From Octopus sinensis (taxonomy: Eukaryota): DNA of 38,245 bases. The stretch is taken from assembly GCF_006345805.1 (NCBI RefSeq), contig NW_021835708.1, forward strand, positions 1 through 38,245. The letters run 5' to 3'. Positions 22,086 to 30,922 of the stretch are shown here, piece after piece. The notes under the pieces were generated by a model. It ran no database searches, had not been told where the DNA came from, and saw nothing but the letters and a program-made list of their open reading frames with translations. Position numbers and translations under genes: made by a program. Within the stretch, counting starts at the first letter, position 1, and every line of letters begins with the position of its first letter.

Positions 22086-23432
22086 GAACCATTAAGAGTG
22101 AATCTTTTTTCTCTATTCAGGATTTCTCAAAAAGATAAAATCAAACTTAATCGCCATATGACTCCCCCGACTCTTCTGCCTAGACACCTGTCATTCTCCT
22201 CCAACATCAACGCTCAGAATTTCTAAAGATGTTTAGTAATAGTTTCCAGTTTCTATATGATTGTCAAGATAACTAAAATTTTAGAATCTAAAGTTAAGAA
22301 TATGGGGGTCGGTTCTTCTTCCCCCACTACTTTGAGACGGCCTGCTTCCACAAACCGACACTCGTGCAACAATCCGGGGTTGGCACGCCTGAATTAATCT
22401 CTTTGGGGGAGACTACCTAGTCCAGAATACCTCCATTTGTACAACTGATATATACTAACACCTCCACACACCAATTCTACCTTTCCCATGCTCTCCCCTG
22501 CATGTTCAACTCAGTGAAGGGAACTCCAAAATTAATGAACCGAACAAAGTGAGACTGCTACATGTTGCAATACTTCCGAATCACCCCGTTTTTCACAATT
22601 GCGGGGAGCTGATAGTGATCGCCCAACATACGTTTTTGGTTATTTTCTTTTCTTGCTTATTAAAAAAATTATTGATTTTTTCAATATCGGATAATTGCAT
22701 AAGATTTTCCGTGGACAAATGCAATTAACCGATTTCTGCTGTACTACATTCAAGCACAGACTAATCAATCCTATAACCGTCCTATAACCGTCTTTGGCTG
22801 AAAGAGTAGTTAAGAGTCTAAGTGTCAGGTCAACGACGCCCCACTGCGTATTGAATGACAGTTTCCGCAGAATACGGTGACCAAGGAAAGAGCCAGCTCG
22901 TCTCTCTTCGGTCGTTTGTTTTCGAGGAAATTCTTTTACCAATGTCAATGAGGAATTGGTTTTTTAATTTATGACTTTCAGTAAATGGCCTGGTTTGGCT
23001 AATCATTGAACGATGTTTAAATAATTGGAAAATAATGTTTTTATGGATATTTTTCAGCTTAGGATTCTGCAGATACCCTTCGATAGAATAATGACTGTTT
23101 TATTAGCAAATAAATGAAATACTTACTAATGTTCTATCAGGGTCTTCCAAATATAATATGAACACGCGCTCTTTGGCTGATTTTAGGGCATGTTAATGTC
23201 CGCGGGGAGAGGAGATATACTAAAGTCAATATTCTTTGGCTGGTATTAGTATGTATAGTATTCTCTAAATGTACACTAACAGTTGGATGCATTTCATAGC
23301 TTCATTATAAGAATGAATATAATTGTAATTTTATGAGAAATATGTTATATATTAATATTTTAGATTAAAAAAAGATTATGTAAAATAAATAGTATAATCT
23401 TATTACTTGTGCGTTCTGTTTATTATAATAGA

Positions 23433-23994
23433 ATGGGTGCATCCAGAGTAAAAGTGGTGGTTGTGGGTGACGGAGCCTGTGGCAAAACAAGTCTACTCTT
23501 ATCCTTCACTAAAAACGAATTCAATCAAGGCTACATCCCCACAGTATTCGAGAACGACGTGGCAGATATAAAAGTGGATGGGAAGGATGTGAACCTGTCA
23601 CTGTGGGACACAGCTGGTCAGGAGGACTACGATCGACTACGCCCCCTGTCATATTCTGACTCGAATGTGATTCTCCTGACTTTCTCAGCTGACTCCCAGA
23701 CTTCCTATGACAATGTGGTAAACAAGTGGATTGCAGAGGTTGAGGGGTTGTGTGTTAGCATAGTTAACTCATTTTTGTCCCAACGTCCCCATCGTCCTTG
23801 TCTGCACCAAAGTCGACCTCCGTAATGACTCTTCCGTTTCGAAGGAGGACGGCGAACAGTTGTCCAAGAAAATACATGCCTTCAGTTACCGAGAATGTTC
23901 GGCCAAAACATCTGACGGGATTAAACAAGTCTTTTTGGATGCAGCCCGTGCTGGCCTGACGAAGAAGCAGAGCAAGTCTTGTTTTATTCTTTGA
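23433..23994 (+). CDS. rho: Rho-family GTPase (RhoA-like), 2 exons (23433-23738, 23764-23994), 178 aa, CAAX = CFIL, lacking the Rho insert
   Basis: [39 protein letters not shown]|[29 protein letters not shown] 25-nt GT-AG intron restores the frame. Confidence 0.95.
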
Positions 23995-24185
23995 ACTGTT
24001 TAATTCATTTCTTTCCTTTTTAATCAACTTTCTAGTGACTTTATCCTAGCAGAGCAGGTATATTATACAGTTGACTAGATAGCGTTATTCAATAGTCGAA
24101 AATTACTCCAAGAATCTTCTGGGTATGCATATATGGAATAGGACTTCACCACAACAAAGGAACGTCTCTAATACTTAAAAAATAC

Positions 24186-24605
24186 TTTATTGACCAAAGG
24201 ACCAGGGTAAGCCAGTTAATTATAATCCCCGTGATCCCCGATTCAAGCGAGGGAGATCCTCCTGTAAGGTTCGATCCTGTCCTCAATGATCGGACTAAGA
24301 CAACGATGTCCCAGGGTCAGAGTTCTAGAAGTCCTTTTTCGGTGCATTAAGTGCCTCCTGAGTGTTTCCATATCCGATTGGAAGTTTTAACTGACATGGT
24401 GGACCCCATAACGCCACGCTAAGACCGGAAGGAAGGTGAGAGATCTTTTCAACTGTGTCGTGCCAGAAGTACTCATTGCTTCACGGGCAGGGGAACGATA
24501 ACGAGAATTGACCCCGGCTGGAAAATAGCCTCCTTCGGATACGAACCCACGACTGTTCAGATCCATTATCCATAGCTTAAGTTTCAGCGAATAAATAGCT
24601 CGAGT
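24186..24605 (-). mobile_element. Possible tRNA-derived SINE-like element
   Basis: The minus strand has a T-arm/B-box-like GTCGTGGGTTCGTATCC near 24537-24553, a GC-richer ~350-bp body and AATAAA at the end. No clear A-box or TSD. Confidence 0.25.
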
Positions 24606-24724
24606 TCTTATGAATTAATGTCTTATATTGCTTTTAATATGAAATAGAATCACATCTCCGAAAAATGCATTTGATACGTATAAGTGCCATTAACTACCAC
24701 TTCGAAAATAACTAGACAATGCAG

Positions 24725-27700
24725 TTATTTTGAACTGCCGGCGCATAAGATGGCCTGGCAGTTCCCTCGGACGATCGCCAACGAGACTCTTTGGAAAAGA
24801 TGACGAGTCTCGTTGGGATCCTTGTTTCGTCTGGCAATCTTCGACTCCAGCCGACGAAGGAAAGAAAGCGATTCTGGGCCGATGACCCCGGATGTCTCCA
24901 CGGCTACTGGCGCAAAAATGTGGTTTCTGGCCAGGTACGAGTATTTTCTTGTTTTTGTGACCTCCGCATGTCTTGCCGCTGAGCCGGGCTCAGCAACTGA
25001 AGAGATCAGGTTATGCGGGGAGAATGTGTCGGAGCATGTCGCATCCCAGATGAGGCATTTCCCGTGATCGAAGGGAAATGTTGTCATGCCATCTGGGCGC
25101 TTTCCATCTCCGCGATCCAACCCGACTGGTTCCAGCACATTAGGGAATCCCGCAGATGCCAGGGCGCGGCTCACCACATCATTAAGCCCAGAGTGTCGAG
25201 GGAAACGTCCAGCGCTACGCCGGCAGGATAGCGGGTGCAGTCCTAGGGTGTCAATCATCTGGCCGCAGCGGCATTGATGTTCACGGCAGATGTTTAATCC
25301 CAAGCGCAGAGAGACTGCGATGCGGAGGCATTCGTTATCCAGTAATGTCCCGACTGATACCATTGGGATAGCTGTCAGCCAGGCTCCCGAATACTCTTGG
25401 GACCCAGCAAGCAGGCAGCTCAGGCGGTTTTGATCAAGTTTACACTTGAGGAGGAAAAACTTGTGGTCCGAATAAATTCCGTCCCACTGCCGCTGTTTGG
25501 TCGAATCATCAGGAACTTTGAGACCATTAGCGGACCAGCATCTGACAGCCGAAGAGAACTCAGTGTCCACGGGGGATTCAATAGCGGATTGGAGAATCTC
25601 GTGGACCGGAGAGCTGGTGGCGTGAACAGAGGAAAGAAATCCTGGCAGGGAAAGATCGGCGGCAGAGCGCACACCGATGCCACCGTGGCTAACCGGGAGG
25701 ATTGCCTGCTCCCAGCCGAGGTCATCAAACGGGGCATTACAAAATGCTTCGAGGCATGCCCTGAGGGCACGGTCGAAGCTGAAGAGGCCCACGTGATTTG
25801 TAAAACAGGGGGCACTTCGGAGGGTGAACATTAACTTGGGGATCGCAAAGCAATTTCTCAATAGAAATAAAGCCGCATGGGAATCAATTGTCGTGAGCTT
25901 ACTGGACATAGATATGAGATTCGAGGTTTTTTCGGACAGAGTTTGATCCACTCCAGTGTTGAATATGGGGGAGCCCAAAATCTTGAGATTCGATGGCGTG
26001 GTGACTTGAATGTTCGATAAAAACGAGTTGAAGGAACGAAGAATATCGGAAAAATGGTGCGGGTCGTAACTGATGTTTATGATTTCAGATTTATTGGAAT
26101 TGACTTCGAGACCAATGGCGTGCAATGAAGGGATTATGATTCTCAGGTCATCAAGAACGGATTCAGATGTACCACCTATGGTGGCGTCGTCCAAGTACCA
26201 AACGTTGAATTTGGATGATACATTCCTGGCAACGTTATCCATAGCCAGAGCGAAAAGGAGAGGGCCCAAAGGGTCATCTTGCTGTACTCCATTACTGGAC
26301 GGGATTTTCTGATTACCAGCGACAAGGAGGCTGGGCTGGCCGTAGGCCAACGCGATGAGACGGGAGATTGCTGGACAGCGACGGGTAGCGGATTCGAAAA
26401 AAGTGTCACGACGCACACAGTTGAAAGCATTAGCCAAGTCTATCTTGATAAGAAGACAAGGCTTGTCTTGACGATCTTGAGAGGCAATCACAAACTTTCT
26501 CGTGGCGTGGACTGCTGCTTCGCAGCCACCCCGAACTCCTACGCCGAGTTGTATTGGGCGTAATTCGGACCCCAGCAATTTGATGGCTTGTCTGCAAGCT
26601 ACCTTCGACGCCAGACGGCGGAAGAGGCAACCCACGGCGATGGGACGGACACCGCCTTCCTTTTTCCTCAGGGCAGTGAGATTAGCGGCAAAAAATAGGT
26701 CGCGGGCATACTCGGAGATTTCTCCGTTCAAAATTCGGTTCGTAAGAGCCGTTAGGGACGATAGGAGGCGCTGACCGGCTTCACAAGTTTGGGGAGAGAG
26801 CATGTCTTTGACGTGTCCGGGCCGGAGGCCGTCTATACCGCCACAGCTACCAGTTGAAAGAGAATTAATGGCATCGAGGACTTTCTCATCTGAGGCATGT
26901 GAGATTGGAAGGTCAGAATGGGTGATAAGGGGCCGTTGGTCGTCTGGAGGATTGGGGTGCTTTGCTTTTAGTTCTGTAAGGATTTGGGGAGTTATTTCGA
27001 GGGCCTTGGAATCAGATGCCAGTACTCGCACAGCGCCGGCAACGTTTCCTTCTAGTAGTTGGGCGTTTACACGTTCACGTAGACGTATGGCGTCACGGTT
27101 AATAGCCTCGTCGTTTTGTGGGACGCGGGGCTGGTGCGTCTGGTTCTTCCGTTGGGCCTTCCCTGTGGCACCTAGCCAACTAGAGAAATCCGAGGGACAC
27201 GGCATGTAGGCCAATATGTTAGCCTTAAATCGCGACGAAGTAGAAATGGGATGGATGTTATGGCCTCTGGACTGTTTATGGGTGCCTTCTTTAGGGAGAC
27301 CGAGAGCCATTATGCCAAAACAGAAAAAATGGTTCCAGCTGGATGGGTCGTTAAAAGAAAGCGCTTTGTTGATAACGGATGATAAAGACTCGGCCGAGAG
27401 AATGCGCGCAGCCTTAGGTATTTTGACTGGGATAGTACGGACCCTTTTGGCTCGGGAAACCGACAAGAGGAAATCTTTCACTGATAGGATGGGTGTAATT
27501 GGTTGGGAATTATTGGAATCGGAAAGAATTTTGGAAGATACCGGCCGCGAACCGCGGGCAAGAGGGTGGCATGAGGGGCAGGTCCATTTGGACAAGGTTG
27601 AAGCAGCCAATTTAGAGATTCCAGCACAGGAAAGATGAAAGAAGCTTTTGCAGGAGGAACACAGGCAGCCGTTCTTCCTCAGGTTGCTTAAGTTGCACGA

Positions 27701-27739
27701 AGAGCATAGGAGAGACTTTTTAGAGAAAGGTAGTACCAT
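24725..27739 (-). CDS. Uninterrupted 1004-aa ORF of a CRE-like non-LTR retrotransposon: PHD finger, RT, CCHC knuckle, restriction-like endonuclease
   Basis: C4HC3 pattern CSSC...CSSCKSFFHLSC...WTCPSC. RT motifs RPIAVG, KIDLANAFN, GVQQDDPLGP, WYLDD. CRC...HPLSC, RH..LND, KRPDG...WDATC. Confidence 0.93.
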   Translation of the reverse strand: MVLPFSKKSLLCSSCNLSNLRKNGCLCSSCKSFFHLSCAGISKLAASTLSKWTCPSCHPLARGSRPVSSKILSDSNNSQPITPILSVKDFLLSVSRAKRVRTIPVKIPKAARILSAESLSSVINKALSFNDPSSWNHFFCFGIMALGLPKEGTHKQSRGHNIHPISTSSRFKANILAYMPCPSDFSSWLGATGKAQRKNQTHQPRVPQNDEAINRDAIRLRERVNAQLLEGNVAGAVRVLASDSKALEITPQILTELKAKHPNPPDDQRPLITHSDLPISHASDEKVLDAINSLSTGSCGGIDGLRPGHVKDMLSPQTCEAGQRLLSSLTALTNRILNGEISEYARDLFFAANLTALRKKEGGVRPIAVGCLFRRLASKVACRQAIKLLGSELRPIQLGVGVRGGCEAAVHATRKFVIASQDRQDKPCLLIKIDLANAFNCVRRDTFFESATRRCPAISRLIALAYGQPSLLVAGNQKIPSSNGVQQDDPLGPLLFALAMDNVARNVSSKFNVWYLDDATIGGTSESVLDDLRIIIPSLHAIGLEVNSNKSEIINISYDPHHFSDILRSFNSFLSNIQVTTPSNLKILGSPIFNTGVDQTLSEKTSNLISMSSKLTTIDSHAALFLLRNCFAIPKLMFTLRSAPCFTNHVGLFSFDRALRACLEAFCNAPFDDLGWEQAILPVSHGGIGVRSAADLSLPGFLSSVHATSSPVHEILQSAIESPVDTEFSSAVRCWSANGLKVPDDSTKQRQWDGIYSDHKFFLLKCKLDQNRLSCLLAGSQEYSGAWLTAIPMVSVGTLLDNECLRIAVSLRLGLNICREHQCRCGQMIDTLGLHPLSCRRSAGRFPRHSGLNDVVSRALASAGFPNVLEPVGLDRGDGKRPDGMTTFPFDHGKCLIWDATCSDTFSPHNLISSVAEPGSAARHAEVTKTRKYSYLARNHIFAPVAVETSGVIGPESLSFLRRLESKIARRNKDPNETRHLFQRVSLAIVRGNCQAILCAGSSK

Positions 27740-27901
27740 GTGGATATGCTAAATTGAGGCAATGTAAAAAAGATGGATATAGTAAATAGAGACAATGAAA
27801 GAAAAAGACAATAAGAGAAGGATATAAGAGATAGATGTAATAGATTGGGACAATGTAATAAAATGGATATAAGAGAGAATTAGTAAATTGAGACTATAAT
27901 G

Positions 27902-28763
27902 CAGTGGTTCTCAACCTTTTTTGTCCGCGGACCCCTTGTGAGTAAATGAAAAATTTCGCGGACCCCCTACATATTTATTAAGTTTTTTGTCAAAAAAATT
28001 TTACTTATCTAAAAACAAAATTTATTATTAAATCAATAGAGAAAATTAGTGAGGTACTATGTCTTTACAACAAGGAAGAATCAGTTTTTCGGCAATATTA
28101 TGAGGTTTCTTTTCTTTCGCTATACGTAATGAAATCATGTAAGATGCTAATAGCATGGAATTATCAGAAGGCAAAGTTTGTATGAAACGAGTCAATACTT
28201 GATTTTTCATCATTTTACGCAAAGAAATAAAATAATCCTTATTTTTGTGGATTAGATGGGGATGACATGTGCGCAAGTGTCTCACAAGAGTTGTTGGTTT
28301 CATGCTATTGTGTGACAGAATTTTCATGCACACAACACATTTTGGGCTTTCAAATCCATCTTTATCAATACAAATAAACCCATATTTTATATAATCAGGA
28401 TTATATTTGCGTATCTTAATAACATTCGAGGAATTCATATCAATAGCGTGCTTAAAAATTTTATTAACTTTTACTAAAAAATAAATATATATACGATTTT
28501 TATAAATAATTGAGTTACATTCAGCTTTAAAGTAATTTAGCCTCCTCAGTATTATTGAATATTAAAATATATTAATTTATTTAGCCCCCTCAGTATTATT
28601 GAATATTAAAATATATTAATTTATAATATATCTAAAAGAGATATTATTAATTATGATTTAATTCTATTATATATTAATTTAAAATTGTTATCATTAAATA
28701 GAAACATTTAAATAAAGTTTCAGAAAAATCTCGCGGACCCCCTGGAATCTTTCGCGGACCCCA
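27902..28763 (-). mobile_element. Internally deleted hAT (Buster/Charlie group) retaining the BED-finger N-terminus; one TIR missing
   Basis: CAGTGGTTCTCAACCTTTTT terminus at 27902 and subterminal cgcggacccc repeats at both ends. ORF 28046-28438: RKYNPDYIKYGF...PKCVVC...SMKP..LVRHL...KKPHNIAEKLILPC. Confidence 0.85.
28536..28624. repeat. 44-bp tandem duplication
   Basis: tttagcc(t/c)cctcagtattattgaatattaaaatatattaattta, two copies. Confidence 0.85.
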
Positions 28764-28984
28764 GAATTTATTAAAAAACATTGAAAACGAGCATGATGTC
28801 TTACTAATCTCATCTATAAGACGTTACAAAGAAAATATACTTATATCTAAAAAAAACAAATGGGAATTGAATTTTACTTAAAAAAATTGAGATTTTTTTT
28901 TATTTTCTTTAAATTTAAAAAAATTATGCTAACTGAAGATAAATTAAAGTAGTTTCTATGTAAAATTATCGATTTGATTCTCTA

Positions 28985-29054
28985 ATTGGCCATTTCTCAA
29001 ATTGGCCAACAAAATTGAAGGAACCAAAAATGGCCAGTTTGAGAGGGTTGAGTG
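28985..29054. mobile_element. Solo terminus of a pogo/Tigger-like element
   Basis: ...aattggccatttctcaaattggcc...tggccagtttgagagggttgagtg|TA has Tigger-like terminal and subterminal repeat organisation. The partner end was not found. Confidence 0.45.
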
Positions 29055-29248
29055 TACGTCTGAATTGCGAGATTCAAGCGATTTGGTGAATCACGTTAGT
29101 TAAAACCGAGTATCTAATTACAATTAATTCCCAAATGAAATAAAAACTACAGAACAAATAAAATCTCATTCAAATCGTTTTAGTCTGACTTAAACATATC
29201 GTGCCTGATCTCAAACAGTAAACTAAACATATCAAGACATAATATTTG

Positions 29249-30011
29249 TCAGGCTCGCCATCCACGTTCAGCAGCTTCACAAACCCGATCACACACAGTG
29301 GCAGCAGAAAGAGGGAATTCACTAATAGAGATAACACGGTGACAGAGTGAATGAGAAATCTCGAAACTGAGAGCGAACAAAATACAGTGCCATGTGCCAT
29401 TGCTCCAATAAGAACTGCGAGGGGCTGACAAGTCCTGATGGATGTCAGAAGAGGGGAGAGGTCTGCGTGCAGTTCAGTCGAGTGTACTGATAGGCCGAGA
29501 ATATAACAATTGGTAGGAAGGTGATCAGTCACTGGATTGCGGATTGCCTGAACATGTCAGACAGATTTACCTTCATTAACTTGCGACCTGAGCCATTCGC
29601 CCGAACACTCAGCTTTGAAAGGAGTTGTACTTAACTAAATTGAGAATTGAGCACCCATTAGTCCAGCAAAGCGAACGAATGTGCGAGGAATACGCATTTG
29701 AGGGTCTACTTTGATGAGAACATTGCTCGATGTCATTACATACACTTCCAGACGACCTGCCTTGTTGAGGGGACTATCCAACAACATCATAAGACACTAT
29801 AAATAAAGAAATCAGCCAACTTGGTGGCATATATCTGGTCGGATTTGTAATTTATTCAGTTTCTTCTTTTCGATTAACTTGTGCTTGTCTGCGTTGAGTA
29901 GTTCTTGGTCCTTCCCTTTCTATTTTGCATCACCAATGTCCGTACTTTAGTCAGGATTAAACTGGCTCCTTCCAATATCACTGTTAGCTTATTATCCGCA
30001 GAATCCGCCAT
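29249..30011 (-). CDS. EMG1: 18S rRNA pseudouridine N1-methyltransferase Nep1/EMG1, 6 exons, 212 aa
   Basis: The spliced translation contains RPDICHQ|[46 protein letters not shown] and [10 protein letters not shown]. Introns are 29920-29945 (26 nt), 29797-29820 (24), 29630-29654 (25), 29548-29570 (23) and 29360-29385 (26). Spliced length is 639 nt. Confidence 0.93.
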
Positions 30012-30922
30012 TCTTTAAATACAAAAACGAAAACACACGTGTTGAGTTTGTTTATTTTATTTAAATAATTTTGCTATATTAAAAGAGTTACAGTTAAAGA
30101 TCAAACAAAATTCTTTCAAATTCCAGTTCAGAGCAAACAGAAAGACAAGTCCTTATTATTGCTCAATGTCCTTATGGCTATCTATCTCGATCTACCCTAG
30201 TATAACTGTGTGAACTGGGATCACTTTTTAAGTCAAATAATTTGTTTAAAACTGTCTACGTCAGTAGTTGATTGATTCGGAAATCCCACTGGTGGTGAAC
30301 TTGCGAAATTAATGAATACTTTTGACAGTCTGCTTTCTCGTAGACTACACCAGCTCAGAATAGCCACCTGTAGACTCGTCTTATTCTCGATTTCTAGCGT
30401 TCCTGTTCTGCTGGAAACGAATTCGATAAGAATCCCTGTCTGATGCAGTCTAGTTTGTCGATCACAACCCCAAATATACAAAAGCTACCCAAAATTAGAC
30501 AGTTGATTCAAAAATATACTAATCTATTGTTATTGAGTTAATTGTGCATTGATTTTTGTTTATAATGACCACGGCCCTTCATTCTCATCGCCACATGCTT
30601 CAATGCGTTGATTAGTAATCACTCCAATAGTGAATGAGTGCACAGTGAGTGTTTTTATTGTTTATTCAGACTAGCCGGACAGAATATGATCAGACATGAA
30701 TCCTATTTGTAACGAATAATTTGATTTATTTGGTTTATCATTAAATAATAACTGAAATTCCTAAAATTCCTTTAAACCGCACATTCAGATCAAGTTCCAG
30801 TGCCTATTATACTTTCATTGATTGATGTGACTGAAACAGTCTCGTAACCACGACAATCTTATTGCGCATTGCCGCTCTAAGATCATTACAAATGTTCAAA
30901 AATTCGCCATTCACGTTTAAAT

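Noticed and set aside
22300-22950. snRNA, SL RNA or tRNA in the GC-richer patches upstream of Rho
   Set aside because: No cloverleaf, Sm-site context or recognisable snRNA sequence could be supported by eye.
23409-23825. Rho as a frameshifted pseudogene, as the raw ORF track suggests (likewise the fragmented EMG1 and ERM ORFs)
   Set aside because: Micro-introns with GT/GC-AG ends restore complete conserved proteins.
24791-27638. Many plus-strand ORFs antisense to the CRE ORF (likewise within 3339-5739)
   Set aside because: Shadow ORFs of GC-richer coding sequence with no recognisable domains.
24725-27739. Retron, group II intron or telomerase-type RT system
   Set aside because: The domain order and motifs (YLDD, CCHC, PD-D nuclease), and the poly(A)/TSD of related copies, fit a non-LTR retrotransposon.
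27740-27900. HDV-like ribozyme or promoter at the CRE 5' end
   Set aside because: The region is low-complexity and pyrimidine-rich on the element strand with no pseudoknot-forming GC stems; the 5' end may be cut by the adjacent hAT.
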